The notes beneath the pieces are model-generated. The model saw only the letters and a list, made by a program, of their open reading frames with translations. It made no database searches and had not been told where the DNA came from. Below are positions 1 to 11,680 of a stretch of DNA of 64,000 nucleotides, piece by piece (within the stretch, counting starts at the first letter, position 1; each line of letters begins with the position of its first letter). Source of the stretch: Lama glama (taxonomy: Eukaryota); contig CM052818.1 of the NCBI GenBank assembly GCA_028534125.1, positions 20,586,001 to 20,650,000 of the forward strand, in the 5' to 3' direction. The position numbers and the translations under genes are program-made.

Positions 1-142
1 TTTCCAAAGCTAATGCTTTTGCCCCCTTGGGGACATCCCTTCCCTAAAATTCTAAAATGATGGCACCCAGAGGGGCCTGAACAGTCAATGCATTCAAGTC
101 CTCATCTTCCAGGTGAGAAAAGACGGGTCTGGGATAATAACT

Positions 143-330
143 GGGGAGGCAGTGTGCCCTAGTCGTCAGGGCAACATCTCAGGAGTCAGGAAGAGAGGGC
201 TTGAATCCCAACTCTGACGCCCAGTGCCCATGAGTTCCATAACTTCCATTTCTTCATCTGCAGGAGGAGGGCAAGGACAGCCCCCTCTTCACACAGCCAC
301 TGGGAAGATCAGGCGAGTTGTGTCTGTAAT
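143..330 (+). mobile_element. Degenerate MIR SINE
   Basis: ggcagtgtg...aggagtcagg...ggcttgaatcccaactctg...tttcttcatctg resembles the MIR consensus. Confidence 0.55.
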
Positions 331-1474
331 GTTCTACCCAGTCTGGGCACAGTGAGTGGTGACCACTGCCCCGTGTACTGTCGTCCTCTTCACCCAAGCC
401 ACACAGCTGGCCAGGAGCAAGCCTGGACCTGGTCTCCTCTGCCCGCCACCCCCACCTGGCCCCACCTTCCCGCAGCCTGAGCGCCCTTTTCCTGGGGTGA
501 ACCTGGGGGCAGTGACAGCCTCTCTGGCTGGCTCATACAACAAAGGGCAGCGTTGAAGGGCTGGGAGTCACAGGAGCTAAGATAGTTTCTTGGACCATAG
601 CCTGGAAAGAAAACCCCTCCCAGGGGCCATGCAGCCAGTGCCTGAGGAAGCCAAAGGGGAAGGGACAGACGAGCCAGGAGGAGACCACTGGGCAGGGCTC
701 TTGCCTTCCTGGGAATGACAAAGCCCCCTGCTCTCATAAGGCCTTTACATCCAGCCCAGACATCTCACCGGCCACGTGCCATCACCACCCCCATTCAAGC
801 AAGCTGGATTCTGAACACTTGGCAAACAGGCCACTCAACAGGAGGTCACAGGCGCAGAGCACCGGCTCGGGTGTGGCGGCAGCACTGCCCACTTCATGTT
901 TCCCCAGGGCCTTTCCCCCTGAGGATAGGAGGAGCCACGTTCTGCAGTTTAAGCTCCTCTTCCCTGAGACGCCCTGCCTGACTGCCTTCCCTGCTCAGAG
1001 TCTGTTCCTCAGAACCCATGACTGGGTCCTGAATGGTGCCAGGCACACAGCAGAGGCTCAATCCACGATTCTTAATCAACGACCTTTTGCTATGTTACTT
1101 AGCTCCTCCAAGCATGTTGGTCCGGCACAGGCTGCATGCTTACTAAGGGAAGAACCAGTCTCTCCTCAGTCTCAAGTGTCCCTGGAGGGCCCAGGGCCAG
1201 GCAGGGTGACCAGACGATGACCAACAAGCTTTTCTTTAAAAAAAACCACCGAGTGAAAGTGATCAGGAAGTAACAGGGCAAGTGAACAAAATCTGCGTTT
1301 TCTGGGAGATGTGTCTCCTGCATTTCCTCCTCACTGTTACCCTAGGAGGTAGACAGGTCCTAACACTCTCCTGCTTCCACCGCCTCCCTTTCCTCTGTCC
1401 CAAACTCTCTCTGCTTCCCTTTCACCTTCCGTTACTCGTACTGCCCTCGCTTTTCCTCTGCTCTCCAGCTTTAG

Positions 1475-1645
1475 GAAGAAGCACTAAATCAGGCACCAGC
1501 ATGTCTGGGTGCTAATTCTGACTCTTCTATCCAAACGACCTGCTTAACCTGGTTGAAGAAGCCACTCAATCTCTCTGGGCCTCAGTTTCTCCTTCTGTCA
1601 AGTGGAGACACAGTTCCAAGAGTTGCTGGGAGAATGAAATGACAC
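1475..1645 (+). mobile_element. MIR SINE
   Basis: MIR core actcaatctctctgggcctcagtttctccttctgtcaagtggag. Confidence 0.7.
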
Positions 1646-2059
1646 GAGGAGGAGCTGCCGTCCCTTCCTGTCCCTTCCACCCATCTGCAGTGTGCTTCTG
1701 GCAGAGTGGGGGGGCTCTGGTTGGACTCTCCTGGAAGTGACGGAGCATCCCAGCCAGGAAGCTGTAGTTACACACGTGGTTCTAGCTCCGCTCTCTTCCT
1801 CCCCACCCCCAGCATTCTGTGCAAGATTTGGGACCCTAGGAAAAGGTTACCAGCAGAGGCATAAATGGGCTGGGGGCCTCTGGAGAGGAAGGGGCACAGC
1901 CCGCCTGCCCCTGGGTGTGGGCAGCTCACTACACACACCTACTTCCAGAATTGCCCCAACAGAACCACCCCACTTCCCTTGTGTCTTGAGCAAGTGCAAA
2001 ACCGGAACAAAAGTTCTGAGAAAAGACAAAGGAGGAGGAAGGGGAAGATGGCCAGGATT

Positions 2060-2345
2060 CAGTCCACGTCACAAAGGGCGGCTCTCAGAAGGAGGAAAAA
2101 CCTGGACGGCAGAGCACACGCAGCATGGTGCCTGTGCCTCAGAGGAGCCGGCGGCCGCGGGGAGAGGTCAGCCTGGGGCCACCAGGTTCCCCATCTCCGC
2201 CCGCTCACTGGGCAGGCAGGCGGCAGCATCAGGGAGCAGGAACCTCTCATTTGCTGTCTGTGAGGCTCTTCCCCAGCCCACTGCGAGCAGCAGCATCTGC
2301 CAGGAAAAGGATCTGCTTAATGCAAGCCCTATATAAACAGATCCT
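2060..2345. promoter_or_regulatory. CpG-retaining candidate promoter/enhancer
   Basis: Local CpG cluster (gccggcggccgcgg), GC box ctccgccc, CCACGTCA at 2064-2071, TATATAAA at 2330-2337; no repeat recognised. Confidence 0.35.
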
Positions 2346-4149
2346 GCTTGTCCCTTTTTGCTTTGCTTTCTTCCTGAGTCCTTTCCTTTGTTTTCCCTTT
2401 AGCTTCCAAATCTTCTAGGTCATCTCCATCTTGGCCAACACAGGACCAGAAAGAATGCAGGCCTGGAGAAACCTGAAAACGACCAACTTCTGCCACTCCC
2501 ACGCTCCCTATTCACCAACGGGCCCCTCTCAACACTGCGGCAGCCCCTGGTCATCACTGAACTTGAGGGTGGCCTGATCCAGTCCCAGAGTACTCCTGAG
2601 CTAAGAGGACACTTGGAGAGAACAGTACAGAGGTTTCTGAAAGTCAGTTTCTAATGCAACCAAACCGGGCCAGCCTGAACAAATGACCAAACTTAAATAT
2701 TTTCCACCCACATTAATCAGCTCAATAATTCCTTAATGACTTCCTAAGAAAAGTGTAAAAAAAAAAAAGCCCTGTTTGTTTTGATTCGGTTGGTCTTTTT
2801 CACCCGTGGTTAAGGATTTCATTTTCTCCACATCGCAAGAAGCAGCCTGGATTTTGAGGAAGGAAGAAATAATCCTCTGTGGATGGGGCCGGTCCTGGTG
2901 ACCCACAGGTCAAGAGAGAAGGTGCGGTTAGAGGGCTGGCATCTTGGCCCCTGGCTTCTCACTGTCTCAGTTTCATCATCCACCTATGAAATAAAGATAA
3001 CCATAACTGCCGCCTGCTGAAATCACAGGGTGTTTTTGTGGGTTTGGGGGTGGGACCGTGGCTGTGCCAGCCTGGTCTTCCCATGAAGGTAGACAGCTAC
3101 AGAAATGTTCAGGCTGCAGAGAAAGAAATCCACACTCCTGCCAGCCCCAGCAGCACTGCAGACACATACCTGACATCTCAGACTCTGTCTCAAATGCTAC
3201 GATCTACGTGACTGTGAAGAGAACTCAATCACTACAACCTTTCTGTGTGTAAAAAGCTTGGGCAACACTCATAATTTGGAAACAGAAGAGCAACATCATG
3301 TCCCAAAAATAAAAAAGCCACAGCCCGTGTTGTGTTTTCCAGACAGAGGAAGCAGGATTTCCACCTTCTTGATGCATCTGGATGGTAATTCTAGCTCAGG
3401 CCTGACAGCACGGCGGCGCTTGACCCCAGGGAAGAGGAGCACTTCCAAGGGGAGGGAGCAGCAGATCATCGCCCACAGGACAGCAGCCCCTGAGGTCAGG
3501 TCAGAGCTCACCCCCAAGCCAACGTCCTATGCAGGAACCACCAAGGAGAGGGGATAGGAGACCTGCGAGCAGAAGAGGAGAGTGGTTCACAGCCCCTGCC
3601 TCTTGCAAAATTGCAAATCCTCTGTGTGTGCATGTTCACCTGCAACCAGGAATGAGGATGTGCCTGGGTGACTGAGTATGGGGTAGGCATGTGCCTGCTG
3701 CACCCAAGCAAGAACAAGGAGGCATGGAGATTGAGGCCGTGTACATGCTTCTGTCCATCTGTCCCTCCTCCTCCTACAGGTCCAGGGTACTGGAATTTGA
3801 GGGTTTGGGGGCAAGTATGCACTTAGCATCCACAGGTTAACTTATATCTGATTGATCCTAGATCCTAGGTATGACCCCAACTAGCAAAGCACACCAAAAC
3901 ACGTGAGCCCAGAATGCAAATTCCATGCTAAAGGCAAACTGGCTTAAGCCCAGAGGAGAAAATAATGTACAAACTCAGGAAATAGAATCCGTCCACAATT
4001 CTGCACCACAGGTTAAACAAACTGCATGTCAGTAAGAATAAACTACGTACTCTGGAGGGGAAAAAAAGTGATCGTGTTCACTTTGTTGGGGCCCGAGGTC
4101 CTACTTAGATGCCACGTCACTCAGGTAGGGGCTACTCTCCAGCAAATGT

Positions 4150-4332
4150 GCATGAGTGTGTGTGTGTGTGTACACGACACTTCGATACACACACTGAGAT
4201 CCACACAGGTGTGTGCAGATACACACACACATGGGCATATATCCGTGTGCATCAGTACGCACACAAGGCCACACAGACACATACACAAGAGCAGCCGGGG
4301 ACACACACATACACACACACACACACACACAC
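4150..4332. repeat. Compound (TG)n/(CA)n microsatellite, degenerate
   Basis: (TG)n run at ~4156-4171 followed by interrupted CA runs to 4332. Confidence 0.9.
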
Positions 4333-7300
4333 TCCTTCTAGTCATGCCAAAGGGAAGGCAGCTTGACTGTGAAGCCAGAAAACCTAACAAAAGGGGTGGA
4401 AGAGAAAATGGCAGCTAAAAAGTACCCGCGAGGAGGAAGGAGAAAAAAGCTCCCTGAAACGCAGCTTGACTCATAGTTTCGCAGGCACGAGGTGGGCGAG
4501 GATGAAAAGACCTCCGTCAGGAGCGACAGGGGAAGTCAGAGCAGCAGTTGGGCCTTGCTGGCTCCCACACAGAACAAACCCAGCCAGACTCCAGATGATT
4601 AAAAATGAGCTAATCTGATTCGGGAATTGTAAATTTGGATGGATTGCCCAGTTCACTGATACATGGGAACAAAGAACTTAAATCTCGCCCCATAGCTCTG
4701 CTGCCAAAATTGCCCACCATCTGCTAAACACGGAAACCAGGGTTGGACAAGATGAACGTGTCCTCAGGAGAACGCTCAGATGATGATGGATCAATATCAG
4801 TGGCTAAGCCCTGTCCTGGCAACATGGACATAAGAAGATGGCCCATCAGTCCCAGGCCCCCAATAACCTACTGCTAAACGGACACACACCATTTGGATAT
4901 AAGAAACAGGTGTTAAATGTGTTAAACTCCATGGTAAAGACCACAATTGCTGCACATATTCAGAGAAAGGACAGATAACTAGAGGTAGGGGTGGGTTTTC
5001 CTTCATCTGGCATGTGATGGACAAAGAGGATTTGGATAAACAGAGTGAAGAAAGCATAACTGCTCAGCATCCCTTTTCCTGCCCATCTGTTTGGACCACT
5101 ATTCAGGTGGGTGTCCAGGTAAGAAGGAGAAGAACCATCTCCTGTTATCTCCCAACCCTGATCGTCCCCTTCAAACTCTCAGCTTTCCTCCTGAACCTCT
5201 GGCAGCTCTCAGTGACTTCAGGTTTTGCGGAGGGAAAAGAGGGAAATGCTAAGATGGCTTTCATTTCCCAACTAAGTGGGATAGCGCCATGAAAGAAGGG
5301 ACCCAGCTCATGAAATGCGACATGGTTCCTTCCAAAACCTGTCCCAAATGGGACTCACACATAGGCCATATCATTTGGGGTTAATCAGATGTCTCTGCAG
5401 GTAATTAGAGTCAGATCAGTCCAGGATCAAGGGAAAAAGCACCCACAATGTACATTTAATGATGTAATGATTTTTGGATGTCCTGTCCTTGTTTTGACTT
5501 TTTTCCACTAACAAAATTGTCTGATGTCTTCACAGGTGATTTCCACCCATTAGAATATTGGAGTGAAGTGTGGAAAGCTCAGCTCCCTGACTTCCCTCTC
5601 CGTGATCTCTTGGGCAACCACCCTCTAGGCCTGGCCAGCATTTTTGCTTCTCACCAGAGCACTGGTGCTGCTGCCAAGGAACAGGCCCTCTCCAGAAAAG
5701 CTTCTAGAGACTCGGCTCTCAGAGTTTTAACTCCTCTGCTTGATAGCTGGCTAAATTTTGCTCTTTGGGTTATTTCTGCATGAATCCACCATTCTCACAA
5801 ACATTTCCTATTTCCTATTCCTCGGTATTTCTAGTTTACTAGGCTTTGGGAGGCAAATGCCAGTGACAGCTTGAAGGTTAGGATAAAAGACATTCTTAAC
5901 TCCTATATAAAAACCCTAAGTCGACCTCCAGTAAAACCATCCAGTAAGGAACCTAACGCATGGGTCCTTCCCAGTGGACACGCAACCCAGGGCAGTCAGC
6001 AAGTTGATAGAAGTTCTGCTGAGAGTGAAGGCGCGTTCTCTGTAAGGCTGCTTCTTTGATCCTTAATATAACCTGAGGGCAATGACTAGAGAAAAAGTAC
6101 TAGTGTGAGTGTGCTGGATCATAAAACTCTTCTGTACGTAGAGCCTTCAGTATTACAAAGGCTACACCACGGTCCTCTTGGATAAACTCGCTCTGTAATG
6201 CAAACTTGGTTGATAATATACTCTCTCTCTACATAAATGCTTTCAGAATGAGAAGTGACTGGACGATCAAGACTTTTGGATAAGTACAACAAGGATGCTA
6301 AGATGATACATATTCCCAACATCAACATTCTTCCCAGTTCTGAAGAAGTGCTTGACATTGCCTGTTAAGACGCTGATTAAAAGGAGACAATGTTGTGCAG
6401 GCGTTTTACTTTCTTGTTCCTTCTTTTTAAACAATTACAAAGTACATCAATGTATTGAGTTAGGAGGGCTGATTCCTCTCCACCCTCCTTCCAGAAGGAG
6501 AGTATTTGAGAAAACTGTTGCCTCCATCTGATTGTTGTGATTTGTGCAGATCCCTTTCAAGTAAAAAGTACTTCTTCATGGGAGGCAAATATAGACCAAA
6601 GTAGGACGGGACCATGTCATTTTCACAAATTTCCTCACAGGTAGTCAGACTCTTTTTTGTCCCATCATTAGGAACTTGAATGTAGGTGAAGAAGCAACTA
6701 TGTGAAAACTGCCTTCAGAGGCTCAGGATATGCTGTTCACCCTAGCCAAAAACTAATCCCACCACTAGCCCATCCTAGGGTCTAAAATTCCATCATTAAG
6801 ATTCATTTTTGAGGGGGCTAAACAATTACACCCCAGGCTCTTTTTTTTTTAATGTGATTTGTTTATCAAGCTTCTGTCATTACCTCTTTTCTGCCTCTCT
6901 CTTATCTCCATTAATGCTCTAGAATTTCTCTGATTTTATTCTGGAGAAAAAGAAGAAAGTGGACTTGCAAGTGACCACAGGACTTTCACTCTTACTCAAA
7001 GGAGAAAGAGTGAGGGAGGCCTCTCAATTCTTCTTTCAGAATTGACAGAGATCTACACAGAGATCCACCAAGCACGCTGTACCAAAGAGGTTACAGAACA
7101 TTGGTGTAGGTCCTTCAGATTCACAAACAACCTCCTCTTTTCCTTCCCTAGTTGATGATCTGGAAGTTTTTGGATGAGCAGGAAATGTAATTGACTATGG
7201 AGCCTGCAGAACCACACACTTCTAACCAGTGCAGCTCAGCATTGCAAAGCCCCAGAAACACAGAGAGACTTGGGTATCCGCCAGCAACACAAGGGAACCG

Positions 7301-10179
7301 CTGTGCTTTCCAGAGTCCCAAAAGAATCTCTCCCATCTCCAGTCTCTCTCTTAGGTTTCCTAGTTGCCCCCTGGGGGGAAGGGGGAGGGCATATCAGGTT
7401 GGAACCAACCTCTGGACTTGAAAGTTCATTGCAAGAAGGTTCTTGGTTATTTCTGCTACCCACATTTATCCAATATAATTCCCTTTTCCTAAACTTGGTC
7501 CAGACTGGCTCTTCTGGCTGGAAGTGGGAGGGGGGTGCGGGGGGGCAGGGAAAAGGGGAAGTCCCCTTCCGTCCAGTAATGCTCTGTGTCCTAAAAGGCA
7601 AACTCTGCCAAGAGCCCAGTTCTGGGAAGCAGCTCTGGGGGCAGCCCAGGATCCCACTGGGTGGTCTCAATTTTGGGCCTGGGTGTGGGGGGTCAGTGAT
7701 CCAGAGTTCTATTTCCAGCACCATCAAAACTTCAGCCAAGATGCTTATGTCTTTTCATAAGCCCTTTCCCCCAGATGAAAGGGTGAAGGAAGAGGAGGAA
7801 GAAAGTAGAAGGGGACGAGCACACCGTGGAGAGGTATATACTAGGTAGTGAAGGCAGGTTTTGGCAGCAAACCACAAAAAGTACTGCTGCACAGTATGGC
7901 GCCCTGTAGGGAAGGAGTAGAGTTTGAGAATGAGACCAGTTTGGAGCTGGTGACCTTATGACTTTGATGCAAACGAAACATCTCAGAATGCCATCTACAG
8001 GTCACATCTGAGAACCCAACCTGCCAATTAGGCCTTGGCCATTGGTTGCACCTTTCTATAAACAGGCTGTTTTTGTTGTCAATAAGACCTCTTCAGAAAG
8101 CTTAATCTCCAGGCTTACTCTTCATGTAATTTCTTCTTTTTAAAAAATAAAGGGGGGAAAAAAACTCACTGAAGAATTAAGTACAAATTAATTAGAAGCA
8201 CATGGCTAAATTTCTCTGAAAGTTATCCATGGCTTAAGAACTTCTTAAGGGTAAAGCATTTCCTCCATCTGGGCTTGAAGATGGCTGAGAACAAGGTCCA
8301 CATCAGTGGGTGGGTTTTCAGGGTCTGGCATCTAGCCCTGCCCCAGGCCACGGCCATAGTCGGGGAAGGCTGATGGCTCAAGTGGGGTCTAGGTTCTTTA
8401 GCAAGTCTCCTCCTGATGGCAAGACAGCCAGGAGATGCCAGAGGTCCATTTGTCTCTACGGGGTTCAAATCAACCCATTCTGCAAGATATATGGACAAGA
8501 TCACAAAGTATAAAGGGAGGAATTATAGATATTTTTGATATATGATTTTAACTTTTTTTTAAAAAATGTATTCAAATTTGTCTCCAACAGAACAGATGGC
8601 AATTTCTTTCCACTTCAAAAATAACAGTAACCCCTTCCTTTAGCCTGGGGCATGGACGTAGTAATATGGATTTATGTCTAGGTGGGCTTACTAAATGAGC
8701 AATTGCGTTTTTCTCAACTTTTATAGGATACAGGAAATGGATAAAGGAAAAACCTGCTGTCACCCACCTCTTTCATTCAGCCTCAGATATGAATTTCCCT
8801 GTTGGGTTTAAGGGCCTTGACCATCACGCTACGCACACTGAGCTGCAGACATTAAATTCCACGCACACATGTACACACAGGTCAAGCCCAAAGAGTGAAC
8901 CCTGGTAGCAACAGAAACCAGTTAGCAGATTAATTATCTAATCATTTAATTATTCCTCAAATAAGGTCCTATTTTGCCTATGATTGTCAACTAGAATCAT
9001 TTATTACTTTGAACTAAAATCTTTTACCTCCATTTAGAAGCCCAAGTAGATTAGAATTTCATCCATCTGGTGTTGCACAAGTGTAACTTAAGTGAGTCAA
9101 ATTTCATCTATTGTCATGCAGACAGGTGGGCTTTAAGAAACTCAAAATAAGAAAATCAGCACTTTAAAAAAAAAGATAAAGATGACTATTCTTGGTGTGG
9201 AAGGCCTCTTGGTTTCCCTCAAGAGTCACCAATAACAAGAACTCCTAGGATTTTATCACAGAAGCACTGACCTCAGCCCAGTGGTGGTGCCCACAAGCCT
9301 TTCTTGAGAACGATGAGAATGCTGTAAACGATCATCTAAAGCATTTGCTCTGAAGGGATTACACTTTATGACCTCAAAGATTCCTTCTAGCTCTGAGAGC
9401 CTGTGATTTGATTCTAAGAATCAGAACCATCCTAGTACATAAGCAAGATGGAAGGGTCAGGGGAGGGGGGTTTAATTTGGTAAAAGGATTTCAGACCTAA
9501 GCGGAGAAATCCCAGGTGTGCAGGAAAGCATCTGCCAAAACAAACAACAGACAAACCTCCCAAACTGTTCACTTCAGTTTGGGATTCTTTCAACAAGGGT
9601 GTATAACTCTTCCCTCTGCCGCAAAAGAGACGCTACAGCTGGCCTTTCTTCTCACTGATGAAATGAGTAGATTAAACTCCATGATCCTTAGGTCTTTCCT
9701 GACTCTAGGGCTCACTGAGTCTGGGCAGGAAGGTGGCAAAAGAAACCGGGGGCATGGGGGCCTGACCCCTGAAGCAGCAGGAGGGGATGCTACCAAGGGA
9801 GACTGGGGAATCAAGTCCTGGATTAGATATTATGGAACCCAAATGCTAGGACTTTCAGAGAAGAGGGGAAGTCCATGAGGGCTGAGGTCACCTCCAGAGG
9901 GCATCAGGGGAGAGAGATGGCACCTGGCTGTGTAGCACTAGGTCTGGGTTCAGATGATGGGGATGAAGGATGATACGAAATCATTTCAGCCCCTGCCCTC
10001 TGGCATAAGCTTAACCTCAATCTTCCACCAGACAAGTCTGTGCCGTTTTATGCTGCTGGGTTTCTTCAACTGAATAGGAAACACCTCTCCTGTCCACAGC
10101 CCCAAGATCTCTGGGGGCCAAAGAGGGGACCACCTCAAAGGGCTCTTGGACCACTCTGGGCCTTACAGAGGGTCTCCTA

Positions 10180-10315
10180 TAGACAGGGGCTTCCCATTCT
10201 AGTCCTGCCACTTTCTCATCTGTAAAATGGGCTAACAGGTATCTGTTAGGTTGCTGTGTAGATTAAATAAGTAATACACTTAAAGCATGTTATGAGCATT
10301 CAATAAATGGTAGAT
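10180..10315 (+). mobile_element. MIR SINE
   Basis: tttctcatctgtaaaatggg...gttgctgtgtagattaaataag...caataaatgg. Confidence 0.75.
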
Positions 10316-10397
10316 ACTATGTTGATGGAGAAATGATGCTATCAGTGCACTGTCAGGTGTACAGGCCCAGGTGAGAGCTGCTTACATTGTATCTTTT

Positions 10398-10519
10398 ATT
10401 TATTTATTTTTCATGGATGCACAACTTTATTGAAAGAATGACCCATCTACAGCTGATGGTTATTTAGACTTGGATATGTAACTTATATTTTCTCCAAATT
10501 TAAGGAAGTGACTCTATCA
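10398..10519 (-). pseudogene. Short retrotransposed 3' end (retrocopy or orphan transduction) with Charlie-like sequence
   Basis: 15-bp TSD tacattgtatctttt (10383-10397) / tacagtgtatctttt (10520-10534); minus-strand AATAAA at 10426-10431; A-rich tail at 10398-10411. Confidence 0.7.
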
Positions 10520-11524
10520 TACAGTGTATCTTTTAGACATTCACCTTCTTTGCCCACCCATGCTAACTCTTCCAGAGAGCCAAACACAAGAGGCCAAGTT
10601 GGTCCCATTCAAAATAGTGTCCTTTGAAAGCTTCAAAGAGTAAAAAGTAGCTCTGGTGATCTGAAGGGGGCTTCCCTCTGAGCCTCTGAAGACGTGCCTC
10701 TGAGGCCACCCAGTTCATCTCATCCTGTTCCCAGCAACAGAGGTCAGATGGAAACCCAAGAAAGCCTGAGCAGGGACAAAGGCAGGAATTTCAGCCTAAA
10801 TCGGAGAGTTACTCAGTGGGTCACCAGCTTTCCTAACCCAGGGGGACCAATTTGGCAACATCCCCAGATACACAATCTCCTCCCACAGAAATAAACAAAC
10901 ACTGGTCCTGAGGTCCAAAGGTAGCAAGAATCCCAAATCTTTCAGAAGTAAGAGCTGAACAAAATGCCTCCACTGATGGGAGGGAAAATCTTAGTTTTTA
11001 AGTACTTTTGATATGATAAAATAGCAATGGTACATGGCAGCTAGGGGAACCCAGGTGAGCGGGTGGCATGGAAACAGGAGCCTGGTTTGACCCTCCCTCA
11101 GTCTCTGATATGCAGTGTCCCCCATGAGTAGTGGGAACTCGCTGGGAGGTCCTAAACAGAACACACGCTTTAAAAACAAGGAGACCTGGACACTTCCTAC
11201 ATCATTCCTGGATGGGACTGACAGGATGCAGACAGAACTGACTCAAGCAGAAAGGGTGAGAAAGGGTATGACTCTGGGGACAGACATGGCAGCATGAGGC
11301 CCAGAGGAAGAACTTTTGAGATTGGATGGGGAAGTGCCCATATCATATGAAAGGCCAGGGACTAGCAGGAGGCCCAGGACAAGCTTGGAACAGAAGATCC
11401 CGGCCAGGGAGAGGGGCACAAGATGAGACAGGGAGAGATCCACGGCCAAGGATTGGACAGGGAGCCAAGACTCAATCCACCAGACCCAAAAGTGAGGCCA
11501 GCTGGAATCTTCCCCAAACTGGAG

Positions 11525-11680
11525 GCTTAAGTGTGTATTGAAATCTCCATGAGCCCCAGTCTCTCCAGTAAAATGGAGATAATAATAGCACACACATCTG
11601 GAAGCTGCTGTCAGGATGACATAAATATAAGGTAGGTAAAGGGCTTGGGACAGAGTAAACACTCAACAATTGGCAATGGC
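11525..11680 (+). mobile_element. MIR SINE
   Basis: tctccatgagccccagtctctccagtaaaatggagataataatagcac...cagagtaaacactcaa. Confidence 0.7.

Noticed and set aside
1692..2336. 214-aa plus-strand ORF
   Set aside because: Non-ATG start in GC-rich sequence, no recognisable domain, and overlapped by equally meaningless ORFs.
4026..4418. Overlapping His/Thr- and Cys/Val-rich ORFs
   Set aside because: Artefacts of translating the CA/TG microsatellite.
6119..6358. 79-aa minus-strand ORF with a hydrophobic N-terminal stretch
   Set aside because: No recognised homology or supporting gene structure; the length is within chance expectation.
7270..7848. 192-aa plus-strand ORF
   Set aside because: Non-ATG start, low-complexity G- and purine-rich sequence, and no recognisable protein.
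9892..9905. CTCF-like motif cctccagagggcat (similar partial matches near 52540 and 54773)
   Set aside because: Imperfect matches are expected by chance in 64 kb and cannot be supported without PWM scoring or ChIP data.
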